From Nitrospinota bacterium (GTDB lineage: Bacteria; UBA8248), in the NCBI GenBank assembly GCA_046581755.1, contig JAYGFR010000064.1, forward strand, positions 1-20,410: DNA of 20,410 nt. Direction: 5' to 3'. Numbering within the stretch: the stretch's first letter is position 1; every line of letters begins with the position of its first letter. Below, in pieces: positions 1 to 8,158 of the stretch. The notes under the pieces are model-generated. The model saw only the letters and a list, made by a program, of their open reading frames with translations, searched no databases and was not told the DNA's origin. The position numbers and the translations under genes were made by a program.

Positions 1-1076
1 CCATAACGCAACAAAAGGGGAAGAAGCCCTTGCTCTCTTTGTTCGAACGCCGATCGACTTTGTAATTTCCGAGTGGAACCTCCCCGACATGAAAGGGATT
101 GATCTTCTTCGCCAAATTCGAAAAATCCAAATTCTGGCTGCGTTCCCTTTATCGGTAGCCAGGACGATTTAGGAGAAGAAGAGATCGCGGAAACAGCAGG
201 CTGCAATATTGACGGGTTCATTATCAATCCATTGAATTACAAAAGCTTAGAAGGCAAAGTTAAAGAAGCGCTAAAGAATCTTTTCGAATCGATGGAGTCC
301 TCTGTCTGTCTCGCGAGAGCAGTTGCGTTCGTGGATATTGGAGCAAAAGAGGAGGCTGCGTCGGAACTCGTTTCTGCCCAGGAGGCCCAGCCCAAATCTT
401 CCCGAATATGGGTGGAAACAGGCTACCTATTTGAAGAGATCGGGGATAACGAGCAGGCCAAAAAGAGTTATGTCCAGGCCACCGAAGTCGATGAGGAATG
501 CGCGAGAGCCTACGATGGCATGGCCAGCATCATGAATAAAGAAGGCAAGCCGGATGAGGCCTTCGAATTGCTCCAAAAGGCTGTGAAGATCAACCCCCCC
601 AACAAGAGCCGACAGTTCAAAGTGACTAAGCATCTTCTGGAAACCGGCGATGAAGATGGTGCCCGGATTGCGCTGCACAAAGCCCTTGACAACGAGCCAG
701 ACGAAGCGGCCCGGAGCGCCGCAGCAACGGAGTTCTTCATGGAATCTGGCCGTGCCGGTCTGGCCGAGGAGGAGTTTTCATTTGCCCTTCAGGCCGATCC
801 GGATAACCCACATTACTTCAACCGACTGGGACTTGCATTCAGGCGGCAGAAGAAATTTAAGGAAGCCATCGAAAACTACCGGAAGGCGATTGCCCTCTCC
901 CCCGACGACGCGCAGTCCTGTACAATTTGGCCATCGCCCTGGCCGAAAGCGGGGTTACCGGGCAGGCCATCGGCTCTCTCCGGCGAGCCTTGATTCTCCA
1001 ACCCCAATTTCCTCAGGCCGAGAAAGTCCTTCAAGCCCTTCAGGATAAATCCGCCCCGGTTCCTGCCCGAGACTAG
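1..1076 (+). pseudogene. Atypical response-regulator receiver domain + TPR repeat protein; 5'-truncated by window edge; two apparent -1 frameshifts (real pseudogene or sequencing indels)
   Basis: Frame 2 from base 2 reads HNATKGEEALALFVRTPIDFVISEWNLPDMKGIDLLRQIR (receiver-like). It continues in frame 1 from the A5 run at 121-125 (KNPNSGCVPFI...DGFIINPLNYKSLEGKVKEAL) into the TPR ORF 232..993. At ~911 it continues in frame 3 as AVLYNLAIALAESGVTGQAIGSLRRALILQPQFPQAEKVLQAL...RD* (TAG 1074-1076), which completes a TPR repeat. Confidence 0.8.
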
Positions 1077-1267
1077 ATGGAGCGACCTTCCGGCCGCCCC
1101 TTCACCATCCGAAAATCCTCCCTTGTCGGCCTAGGGGTGTGAACTGGCAGGTTCCTTATGGTAATATTCAACTCGGCCATGGGGTTGTAAAATCAAAATG
1201 TAGTGGCATTGCTTCTGTGGCCCGCCCGAGGCACAGTAAAAATCGTTGTTGGGAGGAAATGGCTCCG

Positions 1268-2227
1268 ATGGCCTTCATCATCGCAGAACCTTGCATTGGA
1301 ACAAAAGATACGGCCTGCGTCGAAGTTTGCCCGGTTGATTGCATTCACCAGGCATCGGACGAATCGAGTGAGATGCTCTATATCGACCCCGACGAATGCA
1401 TCGACTGCGCGGCCTGCGTGCCCGCTTGTCCGGTCGAAGCCATATTCGCCGAGGGCGATCTACCATCCAAATGGGCAAAATATACCCAGATAAACCTTGA
1501 ATTTTTCGCTTCAGGCGGCCCGGGCGGCGGTGAAGCCGCGCCAGTGGGTGCACTTGCAACGGGGGGCAAAAGCGCGCCAGTTGTTAAAAAAGCGCCCGAA
1601 CCGGAGCCTTTGCGTCCTCTCGAAATCAGCGCAGAGGAAATGTACCAGCCTCTTTCGGAGTTGAGAGAGGATTTGACCGAACAGCGCCACGATAATTCGG
1701 CTCTAAAGGCCAAAAAATCTCCGGCAATTGTCGGCATGGTTGCCGCCGTTGTTTTGATTTTTGTCTGGGCAATCTCGAACAATCTCTCTAAAGCGTTAAA
1801 CTCTTCTTTGTATTCCAAAATCGGTGCGCTCGCGATTCAAAATAAAAAACCAAAACTCGGGGGAATGGAATACACCATCACCCGAAAAATTGGAGGGAAA
1901 AATTATTTAGTAAAAGTGTCCGATTCGATATTTGGGTCCCGGACACTAACCCTTCAAATTCCCGCCGCGCCTTTCGGGGAGGATATTTACCACAAGGACG
2001 AAAAATTCTTCGCCGCCAATGAGAACCAAGAAAGCCGCTTTTTCTATGTGTTTATCGACAAAAAAAGCGACGGAACCCTCGACGCGGCCCTGAGGGTCCG
2101 AGAATTCTGGTCGAAGAGCAATCAATTTCTCGGCAGGTATCAAAAACCGCTTCAGCCCACCGGCGATCTTCAAAATTTCTACCATTCAGCTACCAAAAAA
2201 CTGGCCAAGAGCCTAGGTCTCACATAA
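1268..2227 (+). CDS. FdxA-like 7Fe ([3Fe-4S]/[4Fe-4S]) ferredoxin domain fused to a linker, one TM helix and an unknown C-terminal domain (319 aa)
   Basis: Starts MAFIIAEPCIGTKDTACVEVCPVDCIH...LYIDPDECIDCAACVPACPVEAIF, with C-x7-C-x3-CP and CxxCxxCxxxCP motifs. GGAGG at 1252-1256 precedes ATG 1268. Hydrophobic segment AIVGMVAAVVLIFVWAI at ~1724-1774. Confidence 0.85.
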   Translation: MAFIIAEPCIGTKDTACVEVCPVDCIHQASDESSEMLYIDPDECIDCAACVPACPVEAIFAEGDLPSKWAKYTQINLEFFASGGPGGGEAAPVGALATGGKSAPVVKKAPEPEPLRPLEISAEEMYQPLSELREDLTEQRHDNSALKAKKSPAIVGMVAAVVLIFVWAISNNLSKALNSSLYSKIGALAIQNKKPKLGGMEYTITRKIGGKNYLVKVSDSIFGSRTLTLQIPAAPFGEDIYHKDEKFFAANENQESRFFYVFIDKKSDGTLDAALRVREFWSKSNQFLGRYQKPLQPTGDLQNFYHSATKKLAKSLGLT

Positions 2228-2272
2228 ACAAGCAAATCCTCTCTTAAAGCGGAATCCAGCCCCCCATGGCCA

Positions 2273-2794
2273 TTAGAAATCGACCTTATCCGCTGCATCG
2301 CTCTCGGGGAACGGCCCTTCCTTGATCTCGATGGCCTTGGTTCCCGGCTCCAGAAATTCGATCGAATGGCCCTCGAACATCAAGACCAAATCCCCGGGGT
2401 CGAGGTCCACATCCTTCAGATGCTCCCCTTCCTTGGTATAAACATTGATCCGCATTTTCCCCGACCGGCAGAGCATAATCTGGTGCCGCGTGGCGTTCGT
2501 CGGCCGCTCGGTCACGAGATGATAATGAGGCTTCACCACCGCTCCCGGATCCCGGTTGAGCATGATAATTTGAAGGGGAAGCTCATCCGCCGTCATGTGG
2601 GCCTTGGTCTGCCTCTCCGCTTCCGGATCGATATTCCCGTACGCCTCGGCGAGGTGGGCCTTCTCCTCGTCGGTATCCAGATAGGGCGGAAACGCGCCAT
2701 AGTCGTCGAAATCGTGCCGAATCACCTGCGCCACCGTTCTTCCGTCGGCGGCTTTAATGTACTCGACACCCTTGGTTTGAATCTCCGGGGCCAT
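2273..2794 (-). CDS. Cupin-fold (RmlC-like) protein, resembling small cupins often found near polysaccharide/sugar-nucleotide loci
   Basis: Cupin motifs PHYH...HQIMLCRSGKMRINVY and GDLVLMFEGHSIEF...IEIKEGPF; GAGGAG RBS upstream of ATG. Confidence 0.75.
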   Translation of the reverse strand: MAPEIQTKGVEYIKAADGRTVAQVIRHDFDDYGAFPPYLDTDEEKAHLAEAYGNIDPEAERQTKAHMTADELPLQIIMLNRDPGAVVKPHYHLVTERPTNATRHQIMLCRSGKMRINVYTKEGEHLKDVDLDPGDLVLMFEGHSIEFLEPGTKAIEIKEGPFPESDAADKVDF

Positions 2795-2972
2795 GACTTC
2801 TCCTCGATCAAATCGGTTGATGGTTCAGGGGCCTTCGAATTTTGGGGCACTCCCTATCCGCGGCCGGCGAAAGGGGGATTCTAGAGAATGCGGGACGGCG
2901 CGTCACCTTCCCCCGCCCCAATCATTAAAGCATCGCAAGGGCCGGATCGCACTGCCGGAACCGCCGGATCGC

Positions 2973-3203
2973 AGCCTCGGGGAAAAGGGCGGGCTTGTGG
3001 GCGTCGCGGTGGGCGGCCACATCCAGCGCGGGGTCGAGGGGGTGCGCTTTGGGATCAAGATGAGCGCGGCAGCGCTCATTCTCGAGAACATCCCCCGGAG
3101 CGCGAAGTTCGCGATTGAGGTGCGCGCCCGAAAAAGAAACCGCTCCCCCGCCCAAATCTTCCGCGAACTATCCCCCTACGTCGTCATGATCGATGTGCGC
3201 TAG
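2973..3203 (+). pseudogene. Probable C-terminal remnant of a trypsin-like (S1C-type) serine protease
   Basis: LGEKGGLVGVAVGG...VEGVRFGIKMSAAALILE resembles the segment after the GNSGGP motif of trypsin-like peptidases. SPAQIFRELSPYVVMIDVR resembles the accompanying 'xxIFxxxSPSVVxI' motif. No catalytic GNSGG and no credible start lies upstream. Confidence 0.45.
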
Positions 3204-3318
3204 GGGCCCGGCCTTCCTCAAGGCGAACCTCACCCCTCCCCACGCGCACTCGCGCCGGGTGGCGCACCGCCCACGGCCTGATCTATTCACCCGGGGATCG
3301 AGGCGCGGATGCCCGCGC

Positions 3319-4710
3319 TTACTCCTCCACCCCATACATTTTGAGCAGGAGATGAGCCACATCGGTTTGCTCGGGCAGGCCTTCGATCTCGTCTTGGGTC
3401 ATGAGGGCGCGTCCCTCCATGTCCAGGAGATCGCCCACAAGCCCGGCGGGGCGGATTCCGGCTCCGCTGAAGATTTGTACGATGCTCAGGTCCGGCGGGA
3501 AGGGCGGGCCGTGGTGGGCCATCACGTTCACCTCCTCGACGCCCGGGTCCACGATCACCCAATCCCGCTCAGGAACGATCAGAATGTCAAAGGTGTTAGG
3601 ATGGGCGATGCGCTTGACGAACCAGGGGGCTTCGGGATCGTCCTTCCACCAGGCTCCCAGGACATGCGGCACGCCGCGGACGGCGGCGAGGGTTTCCTCG
3701 ATCGCCTCGGGGCGGAGGTCCTTCAGGTAGAGCCCCCCCGCGGAGCCGGCGAAAGTGTAGGCGATGTTCTCGACCAGCTTATCGCCCGCGCGCTCCAGGA
3801 GTTCTTTCGTTATGTCGATCACATTCGGCTTGACCGACATTCCGTGGTCGGCCGTAACGATAAACAGGGTTTCATCCAACTCCCCCCGGCTTTTCAAATA
3901 ATCCACCACGCGGCCGATCTGGCGATCGGTTTCCCCGAAACACTCGGCGATCTCGGCCGATTCGGGTCCCCACTTGTGGCCAACGATGTTCACCGCCACC
4001 AAACCCACAAATAAAATATCGGGCCGCTCTCGCTCGAGGATGGCGAGAGCCCCGTCGGCGATGAAGAGATCGATGAGGGCCGTGTCGGCGATGTCCTCTC
4101 CGGGATGATCGAAGCCGGGTCCGCTCCAATTCACCCTGCGTGGAGCGGACATTTCTTGCAGATAGGAGGGGAGCTCGCGGCCCGTGCGTTCGGTGAATTT
4201 GTACGCTTCCTCGCCCACTCCGCGGCCGGTGTAGGAGCCTTTCGCATGGCGGTGGAAGACATGCTCCCGGTACGAGTAGGCCACCAAATCCGCCGAGCCG
4301 CCCGGCAGGAGGATAGCCAGGCGATCTTTGGTGGAGATGGAGGCCACGCGGAGGTCCGGTTTCGTCTCCTTGATGCGCTGGATGACCGTGGGGGCGTCCA
4401 TGTGCATCTCACCGGTCTCTTCGTCGTAGACATAGATGAGCCTGCCCGTATCGCGGTCGTACCACTCGCGGCTGGTAAGCACCCCGTGGCCCGAGGTTCG
4501 AAGGCCCGTGGCCATGCTGGCGAAGCCCGCCGCGGTCTCGGCCAGGCCGTTCGAGGCGATGGCATTTCGGAACCCCACTCCGCGCTCGGCCAGGCCGCGC
4601 ATAACGGGCGCCTCGAAGCGCTCGAGGTAGTCTCCGCGGCCCCCGTCGATTCCGAAGAAAACGATGCGCTTTGGCCTTCGGTCGGGGTCCATCCATTGGG
4701 CCACGTCCAT
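3319..4710 (-). CDS. Alkaline phosphatase superfamily protein (PafA/PhoK- or nucleotide pyrophosphatase/phosphodiesterase-like), no obvious signal peptide
   Basis: Motifs GIDGGR, ETAAGFASMATG (Thr nucleophile), SISTKDRLAIL, NIVGHKWGP, TADHG and C-terminal HHG; AAGGAG RBS 6 nt before ATG. Confidence 0.88.
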   Translation of the reverse strand: MDVAQWMDPDRRPKRIVFFGIDGGRGDYLERFEAPVMRGLAERGVGFRNAIASNGLAETAAGFASMATGLRTSGHGVLTSREWYDRDTGRLIYVYDEETGEMHMDAPTVIQRIKETKPDLRVASISTKDRLAILLPGGSADLVAYSYREHVFHRHAKGSYTGRGVGEEAYKFTERTGRELPSYLQEMSAPRRVNWSGPGFDHPGEDIADTALIDLFIADGALAILERERPDILFVGLVAVNIVGHKWGPESAEIAECFGETDRQIGRVVDYLKSRGELDETLFIVTADHGMSVKPNVIDITKELLERAGDKLVENIAYTFAGSAGGLYLKDLRPEAIEETLAAVRGVPHVLGAWWKDDPEAPWFVKRIAHPNTFDILIVPERDWVIVDPGVEEVNVMAHHGPPFPPDLSIVQIFSGAGIRPAGLVGDLLDMEGRALMTQDEIEGLPEQTDVAHLLLKMYGVEE

Positions 4711-4897
4711 CCCGGTCTCCTTGGAGAGTCTTTGAATTCAAAAAGCGGCGTTGCCCGTTTTCCTCCGGACGATGCGGCAACCGAGGCTCCTGCCCCGATT
4801 CCCCGCCGAGCGCTCACAATTCCGGCTGTGATTCCCGCATCAATTTCCACAAGATTAGCAAGAAACGTCATACGAGGCACCGCCGCCCTCATGCCAG

Positions 4898-4975
4898 CCA
4901 TCCGACCCCTCCCCGGCTCGCTGTAGGGGGGGCGCCCACGGCCCGATCCATCCGGCACCGGCCCGGATCGCTGTA
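4898..4975. repeat. Imperfect 28-bp direct repeat, 50-bp period
   Basis: ccatccgacccctccccggctcgctgta (4898-4925) vs ccatccggcaccggcccggatcgctgta (4948-4975), 23/28 identical. Confidence 0.6.
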
Positions 4976-5052
4976 TGAGAAGGCGAGCAGGCCGGACAGC
5001 CTCCTCCCCGAATCAAACTTCTAGGCGGCAACCCCCTCCCCGCGGGCGGGGG

Positions 5053-5097
5053 CCGGGGGAACCGCGCTCAGGCTACGCCCTCGCTCCGTTCCCCCGG
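5053..5097. other. GC-rich stem-loop (10-bp perfect stem) at the boundary of an AT-richer segment; possible IS-end remnant
   Basis: ccgggggaac (5053-5062) pairs with gttcccccgg (5088-5097) and encloses gcgctcaggctacgccctcgctcc. Base composition drops sharply from about 5120. Confidence 0.45.
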
Positions 5098-5242
5098 ACA
5101 TCCTCCCACCCTACTGATCGTTAGGGAAGAAGACTAGCTGTACACGTTATTCATCCCAACCAGACCATCAAAAAATCACTTTTTTGCGAAATGCTGTGGG
5201 GACAATGATGTAGTTACTTCACATCAATCCGAACCGAGGGGT

Positions 5243-5778
5243 CTATTTGCGAAGAATTATTTTGAGTGCTTTTTGCGCTGACGCGTTTCTCTGCTTCGAC
5301 TCTTGCGAAACCACTTGAGCACAAGTTCATAATCTTTTGGGACACCATGTCCTTTTTCATACATCAGACCCAGATTGCGTTGAGAATTTGCTAATCCTTG
5401 TTCCGCACTTTTGCGAAACCACTTGACCGCGAGTTCGTAATCTTGTGGAACACCATATCCATCTCCATAAATCGAACCCATGTTGAATTGCGCACCTGCG
5501 TTTCCCTGTTCGGCACTCTTGCGAAACCATTTCACCGCAAGTTTGTAGTCTTTTGGAACATCAGATCCGTGTGTATACATCAGACCCAAATTCTTTTGGG
5601 CAACCGCATCCCCTTGTTCCGCAAAAGGTCTCAACTCTTTGAATGCAGTTCCAAAATCTTTCCGTTTATACGCATCCAACCCTTCTTGATATCTACCCTC
5701 CGCACTCTGGGACACACTGAGAAGCAGTGCGACCACCATGATCATTCCTAGTTTCCGAATCAGGGAGAGGTTCATCAT
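5243..5778 (-). CDS. Secreted Sel1-like repeat (SLR/TPR) protein; apparent 1-nt deletion near the C-terminus
   Basis: Signal peptide (MMNLSLIRKLGMIMVVALLLSVSQSAEG) followed by 36-aa repeats AQxNLGLMY..GxGVPKDYxLAVKWFRKSAEQG, with a 108-nt DNA period (tgcgaaacca at 5304, 5412, 5520). The in-frame ORF ends at 5257. Restoring one base at ~5298 gives the expected ending SAKQRNASAQKALKIILRK* (stop 5243-5245). Confidence 0.88.
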
Positions 5779-5965
5779 TTCACCCTCTTTGCACAGGATG
5801 AGAGAACTTTTGGGGACAGAATTATTATAGAGATATTTGAGAAGATCGTCTAATTTTTAAATATAGAAATATCAGCAGGATCGTAAACTCTGCAAGGAGG
5901 GATATTAGACCTTTTTCTTTCTGTGGTTGGAATGCCGCTTCACCCGTCGAAGCACCGCCCTCCCC

Positions 5966-6763
5966 TTACAGCCCCAGGACGTGGCTCATATCGTAGAGCC
6001 CGGGTTCCTGGCCGGCGGCCCACCTCGCCGCGCGGACCGCGCCCGCGGCAAAATTATCCCGCGTCGATGCCCGGTGGGTGATCTCGATCCGCTCGCCCAT
6101 CCCGAAAAAGTAGACCGTATGCTCCCCGGCTACGTCCCCGCCGCGAAGGGTCTGCATCCCGATGGCCCCGGCGGGCCGCACTCCGGTCTCCCCCTCCCGG
6201 TGGAATACGGCGTCGCCCGGATACGTCCTTCCCAGCGCGCGCGCCAGGATTTCCCCCATCCGGACCGCCGTGCCGGAGGGCGCGTCGATCTTCTGGTTGT
6301 GGTGCGCCTCCAGGACCTCGACATCGTAGCCATCGCCCAAGAGGCGGGCGGCCTCCTCGATCAGGCGGAAGGTCACGTTCACGCCGACGCTCATGTTGGG
6401 CGCATGGACGCAGACGATTTTCCCGGCAATTTTGGCGAGTTCCTCCCGCTGGGCGTCCGAGAGCCCGGTCGTTCCGATCACGATGGCCATCCCCTTCTCG
6501 GCGGCCATGCGGGCATGGGCCAGGCTCGCCTCCGGAATAGCGAAGGAGATGACCACATCCCCCTCTAAAGACGCCGGATCCGAGGTTATCTCGACCCCCA
6601 GGGGGCCCACCCCGGCGCTTTGGCCAGCGTCGCCGCCCAGGCCCGGAAAACCCTCGCGCTCCAGGGCGCCCGTCAGGGTCAAATCCTCTGCCCCTAGGAT
6701 CTGGTTGATGACCCGGCCCCCCATCCGCCCGCCCGCTCCCGCCACCACTACCCCTGTCGCCAC
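5966..6763 (-). CDS. dapB: 4-hydroxy-tetrahydrodipicolinate reductase
   Basis: GAGGRMG Rossmann motif, IGTTG, APNMSVG, EAHHNQKIDAPSGTA, LRGGDVAGEH. GTG start at 6763 follows GGAGAGG. Confidence 0.96.
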   Translation of the reverse strand: MATGVVVAGAGGRMGGRVINQILGAEDLTLTGALEREGFPGLGGDAGQSAGVGPLGVEITSDPASLEGDVVISFAIPEASLAHARMAAEKGMAIVIGTTGLSDAQREELAKIAGKIVCVHAPNMSVGVNVTFRLIEEAARLLGDGYDVEVLEAHHNQKIDAPSGTAVRMGEILARALGRTYPGDAVFHREGETGVRPAGAIGMQTLRGGDVAGEHTVYFFGMGERIEITHRASTRDNFAAGAVRAARWAAGQEPGLYDMSHVLGL

Positions 6764-6843
6764 GGCCGCATCCTCTCCAAAATGAGAAAAGTCCAATAAA
6801 TTCAACCATTAATATACACGAATCCGGGAAAACTCAAGCCCCC

Positions 6844-6871
6844 GGAAACCCCTGGAACCCGCCGCGTCAAA
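6844..6871 (+). promoter_or_regulatory. Putative ECF (sigmaE-like) autoregulatory promoter
   Basis: GGAAACC (6844-6850), 16 nt, TCAAA (6867-6871, within CGTCAAA), about 60 nt upstream of the ECF sigma start. Resembles the GGAACTT-N16-TCAAA RpoE consensus. Confidence 0.45.
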
Positions 6872-6932
6872 ATAACCAGTTCGGGGGTTGACGCCCGGAG
6901 CGGCTTGAACCGTACCGCCCTTTCGGCGAAAG

Positions 6933-7592
6933 GTGGAGGATGCGAACCTGGAAGCGACGACCACTCTGGGGATAGGCATTTTGGAGCCCGCACCGGCCAT
7001 CGATGAGGACGCCCTTTGGGTGGACCGCTGCAAGGCGGGGGACCCGGACGCATTCGCGCCTCTGGTCCGCAAATTCGGCGGGCGGATCCAACGGCTCGCA
7101 TGGGGGATGTTGAGGGAGGGGCAAAACGACGCGGACGACGCCGTCCAGGAGATTTTCGTCAAGGCCTATCTCGCTCTTCCCAAGTTCCGGGGAGATTCGA
7201 AATTTTCGACCTGGATCTACCGGATCGCAATAAACCATTGCCGGGACATCATCCGCCGCTCGCCGCCGCTCGCGCTGCCGCTGGACGAGGTTTCGATACC
7301 TCTCACAGAGGAACCTGAACCGGAGGGGCCGGAGACGGAGGAGCGGGAGGAAAAAGCCCGATCCGAATCCTCCGCGACGCTGCGGCGGCTCCTGGGCGGG
7401 CTGAAGGAAAAGCACCGGAGTATTCTTGTGATGCGGGAGCTCGAGGGCATGAGCTACGAGGAGATCGGACAGGCACTACGAATCCCTCCCGGCACGGTCC
7501 GCTCGCGCCTGAACCGTGCCCGCGCGAGCCTTATCCGCGCGGGCGAGAAAATGAAGATCGCGCGAGGCTTATCCGCGCGGGCGAAATTATGA
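6933..7592 (+). CDS. RNA polymerase ECF sigma-70 factor (RpoE/SigW-like)
   Basis: Region 2 DADDAVQEIFVKAYLALPKFRGDSKFSTWIYRIAINHC; region 4 LVMRELEGMSYEEIGQALRIPPGTVRSRLNRAR. Start is GTG 6933 (alternative TTG 6981). Confidence 0.94.
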   Translation: MEDANLEATTTLGIGILEPAPAIDEDALWVDRCKAGDPDAFAPLVRKFGGRIQRLAWGMLREGQNDADDAVQEIFVKAYLALPKFRGDSKFSTWIYRIAINHCRDIIRRSPPLALPLDEVSIPLTEEPEPEGPETEEREEKARSESSATLRRLLGGLKEKHRSILVMRELEGMSYEEIGQALRIPPGTVRSRLNRARASLIRAGEKMKIARGLSARAKL

Positions 7593-7601
7593 GGATCGCG
7601 C
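7521..7601. repeat. 38-bp tandem duplication spanning the sigma stop and anti-sigma RBS
   Basis: cgcgcgagccttatccgcgcgggcgagaaaatgaagat (7521-7558) vs cgcgcgaggcttatccgcgcgggcgaaattatgaggat (7559-7596), 33/38 identical, followed by cgcgc. Confidence 0.85.
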
Positions 7602-7602
7602 C

Positions 7603-8112
7603 ATGATAAACCGCTTTCGATATTGGCGGGGGGGGCTGAAGAGGGCCGAGAAATGGGACGCGTCCGGCCCGGGCGATTCGGACCTGGAGAATCCGGGCGA
7701 CGTGGATATCCGCGCCCTCCGGAAAATGTTTCAGGCCGCGCGGCGGGACTCCCTGGACGAGGGGGAGCGGATATGGACTAAAATCCGGCCCTCTCTCCAC
7801 GCGCTGGGCGGCCACGCGCTGGGCGGCGCGCCACTCGGTCCCGCCAACCTCTGGGCGGTGCTTGCCGCCGCCGGCCCCCGGTTCGCCCTGGGCGCCCTCT
7901 GCGCGTTTCTCATCATGGCCGGCGCATTTTGGAGCCAGTCGCCCGCCCCGCCCCCGGCCGAATTGGTGGCTCTCCGCGCGCCAGCCGAATTCAGGGAAGC
8001 GCAGGCGGGCCCGCCGGAGGCCCCCCCTGAGGAATACCCGGTCGAGGCGCTTCAATCCAGCAACGGCGATGAGCTGCTTCGCTACATCGCCTACACCTCC
8101 CCGGGGCGCTGA
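7603..8112 (+). CDS. Putative single-pass membrane anti-sigma factor
   Basis: Lies immediately downstream of the ECF sigma with a GAGGA RBS. Cytoplasmic N-terminus (...ERIWTKIR...), one TM (FALGALCAFLIMAGAFW), short Pro-rich C-terminal tail. Function inferred from position and topology. Confidence 0.65.
   Translation: MINRFRYWRGGLKRAEKWDASGPGDSDLENPGDVDIRALRKMFQAARRDSLDEGERIWTKIRPSLHALGGHALGGAPLGPANLWAVLAAAGPRFALGALCAFLIMAGAFWSQSPAPPPAELVALRAPAEFREAQAGPPEAPPEEYPVEALQSSNGDELLRYIAYTSPGR
7797..7826. repeat. Perfect 15-bp in-frame tandem duplication (HALGG-HALGG)
   Basis: ccacgcgctgggcgg x2 (7797-7811, 7812-7826). Confidence 0.9.
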
Positions 8113-8120
8113 GCCCAAAG

Positions 8121-8153
8121 GGCACGAGGAAGGCACGAAGGAGGCGCGAGGAA
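8121..8153. repeat. Three imperfect 11-bp purine-rich tandem repeats in an intergenic RBS region
   Basis: ggcacgaggaa / ggcacgaagga / ggcgcgaggaa. Confidence 0.7.
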
Positions 8154-8158
8154 GGATG

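Noticed and set aside
1139..1267. N-terminal extension of the ferredoxin ORF; likewise the extensions of dapF (to 11147), dapB (to 6805), the MFS (from 14626) and ORF 7862
   Set aside because: Better starts with SD sequences coincide with where family homology begins.
4898..5024. Possible mini-CRISPR array (28-bp repeats with a 22-nt spacer)
   Set aside because: Only two degenerate copies, spacer too short, no leader and no cas genes in the window.
5098..5120. Group II intron 3' end (cccaccctac)
   Set aside because: No domain V (GAGCCG...GGTTC) hairpin upstream and no reverse transcriptase ORF.
5290..5620. 108-bp periodic DNA repeats
   Set aside because: Fully explained by the 36-aa Sel1 protein repeats.
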